From the NCBI GenBank assembly GCA_963811815.1, contig CAWEST010000005.1, positions 72,177 to 136,176 on the forward strand: a stretch of DNA of 64,000 nt. Reading direction: 5' to 3'. Positions 8,647 through 18,341 of this stretch are shown here, one piece after another. The translations under genes were made by a program, and so were the position numbers. Position 1 is the stretch's first letter. Each line of letters begins with the position of its first letter. Below the pieces are notes generated by a model. It saw only the letters and a list, made by a program, of their open reading frames with translations. It did not search any database and was not told the DNA's origin. The DNA is from an uncultured Acidobacteriota bacterium. Its GTDB lineage: Bacteria; Acidobacteriota; Terriglobia; Acidiferrales; UBA7541.

Positions 8647-10950
8647 ATGTCATCCGACTCCACCGGCCACATTTTCACACCTGGTAGGGTACGCCCCGTA
8701 GCCAAGGTCCTCGTGGCCACTACGGCCATGCTGGCGTTCATTTCTTTCTGGCGGGCCGCAGCTATCGTCCTGAACGACCTTGCGTCGTCGGCTTATTACG
8801 CCGGCGGCGAAGCCGAGCAGTTCATCGGCAAGACCGCTCCGTGGTTCATCCTCGGCATCATGCTGTTTTCCTACGCCGTACGCGCGATTTACGTAGAGAG
8901 CTGCAGCATGTTCGTTCGGGGCGGCGTGTATCGGGTGGTGAAGGAAGCCCTGGGCGGTACGCTGGCGAAGTTTTCAGTTTCGGCGCTGATGTTCGACTAC
9001 GTCCTGACTGGGCCGATCAGCGGCGTGTCCGCGGGCCAATATCTGGTCGGCGTGCTAAACGAACTATTCGTTTACGCTCATATTCCGATTCATCTTCACG
9101 TAAACGGCAGCGCTGCAGCGGTCGCCATCGTGATCACGCTTTATTTCTGGTGGGAAAACATCAAGGGCGTGCCGGAATCCAGCGGCAAAGCGCTGCGGAT
9201 CATGCAGCTCACCACCATCATGGTGATCGTTCTGATTGGCTGGTGTTTTTACACTTTATACGCTCGTAGCGGCTGGCACCTACCTCCCGCGCCGCTGCCC
9301 CAGAACATGAAGCTCGACAAGGCGTCGCTTGGCTGGCTGGATCGCTATCAATGGGCGCATACGATCACGCTGATTGCGATTTTTGTCGGGCTGGGCCATT
9401 CCGTGCTGGCTATGAGCGGCGAGGAATCGCTCGCGCAGGTCTATCGAGAAATCGAACACCCCAAGCTGCCGAATCTGAAAAAAGCCGGGCTGATCATCTT
9501 CATTTACAGTCTGGTTTTCACCTCGTTGGTTTCCTTCTTCGCGGTAATGATCATTCCGGACAACGTGCGGGGAAAATTCACCGAGAACTTGATCGGAGGA
9601 CTCTCGATGCATCTGGTCGGAAGTTTTCCGGTTCGGCTTGCGTTTCATGTGTTCGTCGTGGTCGTGGGCGTCCTGATTCTTGCGGGAGCTGTGAACACGG
9701 CGATTGTGGGCTCGAACGGAGTACTCAACCGCGTATCGGAAGACGGAGTGCTGACCGACTGGTTCCGCCACCCGCACTCACGCTTCGGAACCACTCACCG
9801 CATCATCAACATGGTTGTAGCTTTCCAGATCATCACCATCCTGGCCAGCCGAGGCGACGTAACATTTCTGGGCAACCTCTACGCGTTCGGCGTGATCTGG
9901 AGTTTTGCGATGAAAGGCATTGCGGTTCTGGTGCTGCGTTATACGCACCCCCAGGATCGCGAATACCGCGTGCCGCTCAATCCCGTTATTTTCGGCGTGG
10001 AAATTCCAATTGGACTGGGAATAATCACTCTGGTTCTGCTCTCGATTGCGGTGATTAATCTATTTACAAAACCCGATGCCACCATGGCGGGAATTACGTT
10101 CACTCTCATTCTGTTCACTGTCTTTGAAATCTCCGAACATCGAATGCACAAACGCCAGGCCGGCGCAACTCACGTCGAGCTCGATCAGTTCAATCTTGCG
10201 CAGGAAGCCGAGCTGACTCCCACAAGCGTGGGTGTTGCACCGGGAAGCATCCTCGTTCCGGTTAGCACCTACTACGCGCTGTACCACCTGGAAGCTGCGT
10301 TGAAACGGGTGAAGGGATTGGACGCGGAAATAGTGGTATTGCACGTGCGGATGTTGCGGCGAGCGGCATCGGGCGAATACGATCTGGATCCGGACCAGCT
10401 CTTCAGCACTATCGAGCAGTTGCTGTTCACCAAAGTGCTCGCCATCGCGGAGAAAGAAGGTAAGCCGGTGCGCTTGGCCGTGGCCGCGGCCAACGATTTG
10501 TGGGAAGGCATTCTGCGTACGGCGATGAACCTTCAATCGAGCACGATTGTGAGCGGCAGCTCATCAAAAATGCCGGTGACGGAACAAGCGCGTGAGATTG
10601 GATTAGCCTGGGAACGAATGCCGGAACCCCGGCCTCGCTTGGCGCTGGAGATTTTCACGCCCGCGGGCCAGGAATATATCTTCTACCTCGGCCCGCACGC
10701 GCCGAGGCTTACACCCAAGGAAATTGATGTACTGCACAAGATGTGGCTCAAGTTCAGCGAAAAGCTGGCAGGCGAGGAACTACACCATCACGACATCATT
10801 CATTTCGCGCTGACCGAACTGGAGCGGGAAATCGCGGAAGGTCAAGGCGATGAGGTACTCGAAAGGCTTCGCCAGCATCTTCGCGACATCCAGACCCGCA
10901 GGATGAATCCTCCGATAGACCCGAAAAATTTACCGCCCAAACTGAATTGA
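8647..10950 (+). CDS. APC-superfamily amino-acid/polyamine permease with a large cytoplasmic C-terminal (USP-like) domain
   Basis: 767-aa ORF. About 12 hydrophobic segments occupy the first ~500 aa, followed by a soluble ~250-aa tail (ILVPVSTYYALYHLEAALKR...AEIVVLHV). Confidence 0.75.
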   Translation: MSSDSTGHIFTPGRVRPVAKVLVATTAMLAFISFWRAAAIVLNDLASSAYYAGGEAEQFIGKTAPWFILGIMLFSYAVRAIYVESCSMFVRGGVYRVVKEALGGTLAKFSVSALMFDYVLTGPISGVSAGQYLVGVLNELFVYAHIPIHLHVNGSAAAVAIVITLYFWWENIKGVPESSGKALRIMQLTTIMVIVLIGWCFYTLYARSGWHLPPAPLPQNMKLDKASLGWLDRYQWAHTITLIAIFVGLGHSVLAMSGEESLAQVYREIEHPKLPNLKKAGLIIFIYSLVFTSLVSFFAVMIIPDNVRGKFTENLIGGLSMHLVGSFPVRLAFHVFVVVVGVLILAGAVNTAIVGSNGVLNRVSEDGVLTDWFRHPHSRFGTTHRIINMVVAFQIITILASRGDVTFLGNLYAFGVIWSFAMKGIAVLVLRYTHPQDREYRVPLNPVIFGVEIPIGLGIITLVLLSIAVINLFTKPDATMAGITFTLILFTVFEISEHRMHKRQAGATHVELDQFNLAQEAELTPTSVGVAPGSILVPVSTYYALYHLEAALKRVKGLDAEIVVLHVRMLRRAASGEYDLDPDQLFSTIEQLLFTKVLAIAEKEGKPVRLAVAAANDLWEGILRTAMNLQSSTIVSGSSSKMPVTEQAREIGLAWERMPEPRPRLALEIFTPAGQEYIFYLGPHAPRLTPKEIDVLHKMWLKFSEKLAGEELHHHDIIHFALTELEREIAEGQGDEVLERLRQHLRDIQTRRMNPPIDPKNLPPKLN

Positions 10951-10990
10951 CGTGAGAATGGAACGCCTCCGCGCATACCGCGGAGAATTT

Positions 10991-11425
10991 TCAGGCTCGA
11001 AGCTCTGAAGTGCAATTAGGGCAACGTGTGGCTTTGATCGGAATTGCAGAAAAACAGTACGGGCATTCCTTGGTCGCCGGCGCCGCGGCGGGAACCGGTT
11101 TTTTCCAACGATTCGCCTGGCGTATCACCAGGAAGATTACGAAAGCCACGATCAAGAAATCGATTACGGTGTTCAGAAACAGTCCGTAGTTGATTGTCAC
11201 GGCCCCCGCAGCTTTGGCCGCGGCCAGCGAATCGAAGTGTGTATGTGACAGGCTCAGAAATAGATTGGAGAAATCGACTCGTCCCAGAAGAAGCCCAATC
11301 GGCGGCATTATGACGTCGCCTACCAGTGAGGTGATGATCTTTCCGAACGCGGCGCCAATGATAATGCCTATGGCCATGTCCAGCACGTTGCCCTTCATCG
11401 CGAATTCTTTGAATTCTTTCAGCAT
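10991..11425 (-). CDS. mscL: Large-conductance mechanosensitive channel MscL with C-terminal zinc-ribbon extension
   Basis: [48 protein letters not shown] is the canonical MscL N-terminus (ATG at 11425). The tail is [22 protein letters not shown]. Confidence 0.9.
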   Translation of the reverse strand: MLKEFKEFAMKGNVLDMAIGIIIGAAFGKIITSLVGDVIMPPIGLLLGRVDFSNLFLSLSHTHFDSLAAAKAAGAVTINYGLFLNTVIDFLIVAFVIFLVIRQANRWKKPVPAAAPATKECPYCFSAIPIKATRCPNCTSELRA

Positions 11426-11590
11426 GTTCTCGTCCTCTTTCAATCCCAAGTCTGAATTGTCAGGCTCAGATTCGTCGAATTCAACTGAACCGGCGAACCT
11501 AGATATGCGAGTGAGATTATCGGGAAGCGGACAGACTGGCAAGAGCGAAGGATGCCTATCGCGAGTTTCGAAATATACAAGCAGTCGAGT

Positions 11591-11950
11591 TCATTCACCT
11601 CGAGCGAAGAGGATGGCGCCCAGAATCCCGCGCAGAACGAGCACCGCTCCGGCAAGCCCCAGAAGCAATGGAATGCAACGAACGGGAAGAAGCGGGACAC
11701 CCAAAATAAGCGCGCCGACCAGCGCCAGCGAGCCCGCGCGTATATTTGAGGGCCAGTGGGGTGCCGCAGGCCCGCGCCGCGTCCAGGCGCGGGCACCCCA
11801 GTAAAAGAAAACAATTGCCACGGCAATCAAAGCCACCGGCCGCGTTGGCAATCCCACGCGCCCGGAAACGGCCAGCAGTATCAGTAGAGCTCCGAGGAGC
11901 AAAACGATAGACTCATTCAGAAGCTGAAAGAGCTTTGCAGACGTCAACAT
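11591..11950 (-). CDS. Small integral membrane protein, unknown function
   Basis: Internal ATG at 11950 (MLTSAKLFQLLNESIVLLLGALLILLAV...). Four hydrophobic segments, no recognisable motif. Confidence 0.5.
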   Translation of the reverse strand: MLTSAKLFQLLNESIVLLLGALLILLAVSGRVGLPTRPVALIAVAIVFFYWGARAWTRRGPAAPHWPSNIRAGSLALVGALILGVPLLPVRCIPLLLGLAGAVLVLRGILGAILFARGE

Positions 11951-12123
11951 CGTTCTTCTTATCCGGTCCTCGGCATGGTTCCGCGGCCTTGGGCCGCTAA
12001 TACTTCGCGCGGGTCGGACATCCTGCATCCCGCGGGGCCATGGCATCGCGGACATGGAATGATACAATTAAACTTTTGGTGTGTCGCATCGGCGGCCGGC
12101 GAGAATTTTTCCAGGAGATCTCA

Positions 12124-13047
12124 GTGCACAAAGTGATCATCATCGGAAGCGGATGCGCGGGCTTGACCGCCGCAATTTATGCTGCGCGTGCTGACCTGAA
12201 ACCGCTTGTTCTTGACGGCTATGAACCCGGGGGCCAACTCGCCTTAACCACCATGGTCGAGAATTTTCCGGGCTTTCCGGAGGGTATCCTGGGACCGGAA
12301 CTGATCGAAAACACCCGCAAGCAAGCCCAGCGGTTTGGAACTGAGTTTCGTTCCGGCGCGGTTACATCCGTGGACCTGAGCAAGCGGCCATTTAAAATTG
12401 AAGCAGGAAAAGAGACTTACGAATGCGAGGCGTTGATCGTCGCGGCTGGCGCTTCGGCGCGAATGCTCGGTATCGAATCGGAGGGCCACTTGCTTGGGCA
12501 CGGTGTTTCCACTTGTGCTACATGCGATGGCTATTTTTTTCGCGGCCGCGATATCTTAGTCGTTGGGGGCGGTGATACCGCGATGGAAGAGGCCACCTTC
12601 CTTACGAAATTTGCAAAAAGCGTCACCATCCTGCATCGACGTAACGAATTTCGCGCTACTAGAATTATGCTCGATCGCGCTCGCGCAAATGAGAAGATTC
12701 AATTTCTCACTCCGTACGTCATCGATGAAGTCCACGACGTCAGCAAGAAATCGGTTGAAATGGTTACGGTCCGCAACGTGGATACCAATGAGAAGAAGAC
12801 CATCGCTACGGAGGGTGTTTTTGTTGCCATAGGCCATGACCCGAACACGAAAGTCTTTCAGGGGCAGCTAAAGATGGACGACACGGGTTATCTGCTCACT
12901 AACCACGGTTCGCAGACGAATGTGGAAGGCGTGTTTGCTGCCGGAGACGTACAAGATCATCGTTACAGACAGGCGGTTACCGCCGCGGGCTCCGGCTGCA
13001 TGGCGGCGATCGATGCAGAAAAATTCCTTACCGGACTTAAGGACTGA
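12124..13047 (+). CDS. trxB: Thioredoxin-disulfide reductase
   Basis: VIIIGSGCAGLTAAIYAAR FAD motif, redox-active CATCDG, GGGDTAMEEA NADPH motif. GTG at 12124 is preceded by AGGAG; the ORF track start at 12040 adds a non-conserved leader. Confidence 0.92.
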   Translation: MHKVIIIGSGCAGLTAAIYAARADLKPLVLDGYEPGGQLALTTMVENFPGFPEGILGPELIENTRKQAQRFGTEFRSGAVTSVDLSKRPFKIEAGKETYECEALIVAAGASARMLGIESEGHLLGHGVSTCATCDGYFFRGRDILVVGGGDTAMEEATFLTKFAKSVTILHRRNEFRATRIMLDRARANEKIQFLTPYVIDEVHDVSKKSVEMVTVRNVDTNEKKTIATEGVFVAIGHDPNTKVFQGQLKMDDTGYLLTNHGSQTNVEGVFAAGDVQDHRYRQAVTAAGSGCMAAIDAEKFLTGLKD

Positions 13048-13132
13048 TGCATCTGTTTCACTCTGGGCATAATCCCGGCTGGATGCAAGTTCCGGCGATT
13101 TCCGGTCGCCAATTCGTCATTGTCTCCTTCTG

Positions 13133-14062
13133 ATGCGCTCATTCCTTCTGCACCTCTCAGAGAGTAAGCGGCTCGCGCCGCTGATCATGCACAACGCACT
13201 GAGTCGGCGAGTGGCGCGGCGATTCGTCGCCGGTGAGAGCCTGGACGACGCCGTCGAAGCCGCCCGCCATGTAAATGGCGCGATGCAATTGGCTAGCCTC
13301 GATTTGCTGGGCGAAAATGTGTCGGATGAAGCCGGAGCGCGACAGGCAGCCGAAAATTACCTGGCGATCTTCGAGCGCATCGAACGCGAAAAACTCGACT
13401 CCAATGTTTCACTCAAACTCACGCAGCTTGGCATCGATCTGAACGAGAATCTCTGCCAGGAGCTTCTCGAAAAAATCGTCGCGCGCGCCACGGCCCAACA
13501 GAATTTCGTGCGCATTGACATGGAAGGGTCTCCCTATACGGAGCGTACGGTCGAAATGGCAAAGCGCGTTCGCGCGAAGTATGCCGCCGTGGGTACCGTG
13601 ATGCAGGCCTACCTTTACCGAGCGGAGAAGGACGTCCTGGATTTGATTGCCGCGGGCTGCCGCCTTCGCCTTTGCAAGGGCGCGTACCAAGAGCCGCCAG
13701 ACATTGCGTTTCCGAAAAAGTCAGACGTGGACGCCAACTACGTGAAATTGATGAAGCTGCTGTTGCCCAGCGGGATTTATCACGGAATAGCGACCCACGA
13801 TCCCGCAATGATCGAGGCTACGAAGAATTTCGTTCGCGAGAAAAATATCGGCCGCGAGCAATTCGAGTTTCAAATGCTGTACGGTATTCGCACGGACCTG
13901 CAGAAACAGCTTGTTCGAGAAGGCTTCCGGCTCCGCATTTATATTCCTTATGGCACGGACTGGTTTCCTTACTTCATGCGCCGCCTAGCGGAGCGGCCCG
14001 CTAACCTCACTTTCTTTTTGCGCAACCTGCTTCCGAGGTCTTCGCGCAATTCCGCTTCGTGA
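13133..14062 (+). CDS. Proline dehydrogenase (monofunctional PutA-type)
   Basis: Motifs LDLLGE, SLKLTQLG, RIDMEGS, MQAYLYR, RLCKGAY, IATHD, EFQMLYG and FMRRLAERPANL. Confidence 0.88.
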   Translation: MRSFLLHLSESKRLAPLIMHNALSRRVARRFVAGESLDDAVEAARHVNGAMQLASLDLLGENVSDEAGARQAAENYLAIFERIEREKLDSNVSLKLTQLGIDLNENLCQELLEKIVARATAQQNFVRIDMEGSPYTERTVEMAKRVRAKYAAVGTVMQAYLYRAEKDVLDLIAAGCRLRLCKGAYQEPPDIAFPKKSDVDANYVKLMKLLLPSGIYHGIATHDPAMIEATKNFVREKNIGREQFEFQMLYGIRTDLQKQLVREGFRLRIYIPYGTDWFPYFMRRLAERPANLTFFLRNLLPRSSRNSAS

Positions 14063-14115
14063 ATTCAAAGGCCGAGCGTCCCGGAGGCACGGTCCGCAGA
14101 GAGTGGGAAACAATT

Positions 14116-14745
14116 CTAGGACTTGCGGCAAACCGCAACACCGTCGCGCAGAGGAATGATCACGGGAAAGAGTTCAGGCGAAGAATAAATCAGTTTGTTG
14201 AATTGTTGGATCGCACGCGTCTCCGGGTCCTTCGCCTTGGCGGTAACGTGGCCAGACCAGAGCACGTTGTCGGTGATTAACAATCCGCTCGAGCGCAGGC
14301 GCGGAACGGCTTTGCGCAAAGCCTGCGGATATTGATGTTTGTCCACGTCGATGAAGATCAGATCGAATTCGCCGGGAACTTGATCGATCAGATTCACGGC
14401 ATCGCCGGTCATGATCTGGATGCACTGTTCAACGCCGGCGCGTTTAAAGTACCCACGTGCAAGCGCCGCGTTGGCCGGATCGCCGTCGGTGTAATAAACC
14501 TCTGCATCCGCGCCTGCCGCGCGCGCAAGCCAGATTGTCGAATATCCGATCGCTGAACCCATTTCGAACATTCGCTTGGCTCCTGAAATCTGCGCCAAAA
14601 GATAGATCGTTCGCGCAACAACCGGGCCGATAATCGGAACGTCGTGCCGTTTGGCGTAGCGCTCCATGTCTGAGATTACGGCGTCACGCTTGGGCAACAA
14701 ATCCGCGACGTACTGTTCGACCTTCGCATTCAAAATGCCGGGCAT
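14116..14745 (-). CDS. Class I SAM-dependent O-methyltransferase (family 3, caffeoyl-CoA OMT-like)
   Basis: MFEMGSAIGYSTIWLA SAM-binding loop and DLIFIDVDKHQYP. ATG at 14745 has an upstream GAGAGGA; the longer start at 14796 would overlap the upstream gene. Confidence 0.8.
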   Translation of the reverse strand: MPGILNAKVEQYVADLLPKRDAVISDMERYAKRHDVPIIGPVVARTIYLLAQISGAKRMFEMGSAIGYSTIWLARAAGADAEVYYTDGDPANAALARGYFKRAGVEQCIQIMTGDAVNLIDQVPGEFDLIFIDVDKHQYPQALRKAVPRLRSSGLLITDNVLWSGHVTAKAKDPETRAIQQFNKLIYSSPELFPVIIPLRDGVAVCRKS

Positions 14746-14779
14746 TTTGCTCCTCTCTCGTGAGCCAGCAGCCGAATCG

Positions 14780-15493
14780 CTAACCGATGGAATCACCTGG
14801 TTTCAATGCGTGAATCTCAAGCCCTGAAATGTCCTGCGTGATTTGACGAAGTTCCTCGGGCCGGCCGACCAGCGGCGGAAAAGTTCCGAAGTGCATCGGA
14901 ACCACTTGGCGAACGCCGAGAAGCCTGATGGCCACGGCTGCTTCTCGCGGGCCCATGGTGAAGTGGTCGCCAATCGGTAAAAGGGCGAGATCCGGGGCGT
15001 ACAGTTCGCCGATTAATTTCATGTCGCCAAAAACCGCGGTGTCGCCCGCGTGATAAATCGTAAGTCCGCCGGGAAGGCGGATGATGTAACCACAAGCTTC
15101 CCCGCCGTACACGATCTTGTCGCCATCCTGAATCCCGCAGGAATGAATCGCATTCACCATCGTGACTTCGATCTCGCCCACTCGCTGAGTGCCGCCTTTG
15201 TTCATTCCATTCGTATTCGAGACGCCTTTCGATTCCAGCCACACGCACGTCTCGAAAATTCCAACGATCTGCGGCTTAAACTGCTTCCCGAGCGCCACCG
15301 CGTCCGCGATGTGGTCGAAGTGCCCGTGGGTAATGAGCATCGTGTCAAGGCGATTGAATTTCTTCAGCGGCTCGGGGCACATCGGATTGGTCTGCACCCA
15401 CGGGTCAATGACGATCACTTTTCCGGACGGTGTGGTGATGCGAAATGTGGCGTGGCCCAGCCACGTTAGTTTATTTCCTCGCGTGTGAAGCAT
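14780..15493 (-). CDS. Metal-dependent hydrolase, MBL fold (UPF0173 family)
   Basis: LTWLGHATFRI..., ITHGHFDH, HAGDT and VPMHFGTFP motifs. Confidence 0.85.
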   Translation of the reverse strand: MLHTRGNKLTWLGHATFRITTPSGKVIVIDPWVQTNPMCPEPLKKFNRLDTMLITHGHFDHIADAVALGKQFKPQIVGIFETCVWLESKGVSNTNGMNKGGTQRVGEIEVTMVNAIHSCGIQDGDKIVYGGEACGYIIRLPGGLTIYHAGDTAVFGDMKLIGELYAPDLALLPIGDHFTMGPREAAVAIRLLGVRQVVPMHFGTFPPLVGRPEELRQITQDISGLEIHALKPGDSIG

Positions 15494-15515
15494 GAATCAT
15501 TCCCTCGTTATAAAA

Positions 15516-16130
15516 TTAGCCGTGTCCAGCTATGCTTCGATCGGCAGTTATGCCGTTACTAGCGGTGGGTTTTGCCAGTAGATCGCGGAAAGCCTGCTCG
15601 AAAACGGGGCGCGGCCGCGTGCCTAGGAAATATCCTCCGATGTGCCCGTCGCGCGTGTAAAAAACTGTCTGCGGCATGGTTCCTTTCCATGCCGGATTCA
15701 CTCCTTGATAGAACGCGTCAAGATCGATTCCTGGTTTCTGGCGGTAATTCGGGAAGCGCGGCTGCGTGCGCGCGATGAACCGGCGAACCAGATTCATGTC
15801 TGAATCGTCGTCCATGTTTATTCCAACAACGTTCACGCCTTGCGCTTTAAACTCCGTAGCCAATTCAACGATTAGAGGGTATTCGTCGCGGCAAGGCTCG
15901 CACCAGGTAGCCCAAAAATTCACGACCAGCGGCTTGCCGCGGTATTTTGCGAGAATTTGTTGGTAGCCTGCGAGATCAATTATCGCCGGATCTGGAACTT
16001 TTGCAGCCTGCGCAACGCCCGGCTGAGCCTTCTCCCCGGCGTTCTCCGTTCGAGCGGGATGAACCGACGGCATCGAAAACAGCAAAGCTGAGGCGAAAAT
16101 CAGAAAGCGCAAGAGCCATTTTCGTTTCAA
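15516..16130 (-). CDS. TlpA/ResA-like periplasmic thiol:disulfide oxidoreductase (redoxin)
   Basis: Signal peptide and thioredoxin-fold active site WATWCEPC. Confidence 0.85.
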   Translation of the reverse strand: MKRKWLLRFLIFASALLFSMPSVHPARTENAGEKAQPGVAQAAKVPDPAIIDLAGYQQILAKYRGKPLVVNFWATWCEPCRDEYPLIVELATEFKAQGVNVVGINMDDDSDMNLVRRFIARTQPRFPNYRQKPGIDLDAFYQGVNPAWKGTMPQTVFYTRDGHIGGYFLGTRPRPVFEQAFRDLLAKPTASNGITADRSIAGHG

Positions 16131-16320
16131 GTCCGTTTCCCTCGGGATGCCATTCTATCGGTTTCTCGGCGTGAGCGGCAACTGCGGCAAGGCCGGAGAA
16201 AACAGGAACAGGGCCTTGCGCTTGTGCCTGCTATTATTTGATGGTATAAAAAATGGATAAGGCTATTGGCAATACTCCGGGACCATCCGGGAAATGTGAT
16301 TGCTTCGAGGAGAATGCGAT

Positions 16321-16590
16321 ATGGCTTACGTAATTGCTGAACCCTGCATCGGTACCAAAGACACGGCCTGCGTTGACGTGTGTCCGGTGGACTGCATCCA
16401 CCCCCGAAAAGACGAGGCGGATTTCGAAGCAGAGAAAATGCTCTACATCAGTCCGGTTGAGTGTATTGACTGCGGAGCTTGCGTTCCGGTCTGCCCGGTG
16501 ACAGCCATTTTCGCGCTCGAGGATTTGCCGGAAAAGTGGGCAAGCTTCACACCTATCAACGCGGACTGGTACACGAACAAGAAAACCTAG
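16321..16590 (+). CDS. Ferredoxin (4Fe-4S type, two cluster motifs)
   Basis: MAYVIAEPCIGTKDTACVDVCPVDCIH ... CIDCGACVPVCPVTAIF. ATG at 16321 is preceded by GAGGAG. Confidence 0.9.
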   Translation: MAYVIAEPCIGTKDTACVDVCPVDCIHPRKDEADFEAEKMLYISPVECIDCGACVPVCPVTAIFALEDLPEKWASFTPINADWYTNKKT

Positions 16591-16638
16591 ACTGAGGCTT
16601 TTTTGCGCGAGCTAGTCTGAGCTCGCCTAGAGATTTAC

Positions 16639-16671
16639 GACGGCGGATCGAGTGATCCGCCGTTTTCTTTT
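16639..16671 (+). terminator. Rho-independent terminator after the ferredoxin gene
   Basis: cggcggatc (16641-16649), loop gagt, gatccgccg (16654-16662), then ttttctttt. Confidence 0.7.
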
Positions 16672-16680
16672 GCGGAGTGG

Positions 16681-16989
16681 CTAGACTTCGAGGCCCAGCA
16701 CTTTCCGACCACTCTCGCTGATCATGCTCGGATTCCAGGCCGGCTCCCACACGATTTCCACGGTCACATCTCGCACTTGTTCAATGGCTGCAATCCGGGC
16801 TTTTACCTGCTCGGGGATGGCCAGAGCAGAAGGACAGCCTTGTGTAGTCAGGGTCATTTTCACTGCCACGTTGCCAGCCTCGTCGGACTGCGCATCGTAA
16901 ATCAGCCCGAGATCCACGATATTGATGGGAATCTCCGGGTCGTAACACTGCCGCAGGGCTTCTAAGATACGTTCTCGTTCTACTGCCAT
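16681..16989 (-). CDS. DUF59 / SufT-like iron-sulfur cluster assembly protein
   Basis: ILEALRQCYDPEIPINIVDLGLIY ... MTLTTQGCP motifs. Confidence 0.85.
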   Translation of the reverse strand: MAVERERILEALRQCYDPEIPINIVDLGLIYDAQSDEAGNVAVKMTLTTQGCPSALAIPEQVKARIAAIEQVRDVTVEIVWEPAWNPSMISESGRKVLGLEV

Positions 16990-17091
16990 TTAGATATCTC
17001 CTCGCTTGACTGGGCCGCGACATTTGATGCCGCTGGCTCTGAGGCGTCGCAAATAAGCGCTAAGCCAGCGTTTCATAGCCATACCCAGGTG

Positions 17092-17484
17092 TCAATCGCT
17101 CCCGCTGTTTATTGGCGGAAGCTCTTCGCTCCGGCGTAGCCGTGGAATCTGCGCGCGACCGGCTTTTTCGCCTTCGCCGATGCTCCTTGCCCACCGTCTT
17201 GCCGCGGCGCGCAAGTCCCCGATTGCCAGACCGCGATGATGCGCGGGAAAACGCGACAGTTTAACGATACCGGCGGCGAGCAGCGATTCCGCCCCGTCAG
17301 GGTTTTCGCGGCAGTAATGATGAAATGCCGCGGCGATTTGAATGATGCCTTGCAGAAAGGTCTTTTCCGGCTCGGGCTCCACCAGCCAAATCTCCTCCCA
17401 CACTTCGTGAGCCTCGAAAAATTCCTGCGCGTTGAAATGCAAAATACCGCGCTGGAATTTCTCATCTTTTTCCCTGGAATTCAT
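17092..17484 (-). CDS. DUF309 domain protein
   Basis: GILHFNAQEFFEAHEVWEEIW ... LQGIIQIAAAFHH. Confidence 0.75.
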   Translation of the reverse strand: MNSREKDEKFQRGILHFNAQEFFEAHEVWEEIWLVEPEPEKTFLQGIIQIAAAFHHYCRENPDGAESLLAAGIVKLSRFPAHHRGLAIGDLRAAARRWARSIGEGEKAGRAQIPRLRRSEELPPINSGSD

Positions 17485-17565
17485 CGCCTGGAAATCCTTT
17501 TCCCTTTAAACTCTCTAAATCGCGAGCCATCATAGCAGCCGGCTATCGCGCGAGCGAGGGCACTC

Positions 17566-18222
17566 GTGGAAATCAATTTCAAGCTGCCCGGCGTGAAACT
17601 CGGTACGGTCGAAGCTGATGGCCTACGCGTCGCGCCTGCCGATCCTGGACTCGCCCAGTTGATGGACGAAGTCTGCGAACGCAAGCGCCGTGAATTTACC
17701 CTGGAAACTTTAGCCGACGCCAAGCCGGTTCGAGACGTGCGCGCGATGTTCCGCGAGTGGGGCATGGACCCTTCTAAATATCGTCCGTCATCGGAAGCTT
17801 TGCTGCGGCGCGTGGTCCAAGGGAGGGGCCTCTATCGCGTTTCAAATGTCGTAGACATCGGGAATCTGGGATCTATCGAAACAGGATGGCCGTTCGGTTG
17901 TTACGACCGGTCGCGAATTCATCAGCCCATCGAATTTCGACACGGTATTTCAGGCGAGAGCTATGAAGGCATCGGCAAACAAACATGGCATCTTAACGGC
18001 CGCCCGTTGCTCGCCGATTCCCAGGGTCCGTTCGGCAGCCCGATAAGCGATTCCACGCGTAGCATGATCACGGAAAGCGCCCAGGATATCCTGATCGTTC
18101 TCTACGTACCCGCGGCCGCTGTCGACGCGTCTCTAGAAGTGGCGATCAAGCGGCTCATCGAGCGCCTCACGCTGTTTGCTGGAGCATCGGTAACGCGTTC
18201 CGGAATCTGTCGACCAGCTTGA
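17566..18222 (+). CDS. B3/B4 tRNA-binding-domain protein (stand-alone PheT B3/4-like)
   Basis: GTG start. RDVRAMFREWGMDPSKYRPSSEALLRRVVQGRGLYRVSNVVDIGN pattern. Confidence 0.65.
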   Translation: MEINFKLPGVKLGTVEADGLRVAPADPGLAQLMDEVCERKRREFTLETLADAKPVRDVRAMFREWGMDPSKYRPSSEALLRRVVQGRGLYRVSNVVDIGNLGSIETGWPFGCYDRSRIHQPIEFRHGISGESYEGIGKQTWHLNGRPLLADSQGPFGSPISDSTRSMITESAQDILIVLYVPAAAVDASLEVAIKRLIERLTLFAGASVTRSGICRPA

Positions 18223-18341
18223 CGCAGTTGGATTGCGCAATTTGCACGTTCCCGTGAATATTATAGAAACATGCAAGCACCCCGTTTTCTGGGAAGTTCG
18301 CCGGATTCAGGTTATTCTGTGAAGGTCAAAGAGGTTCCGTA

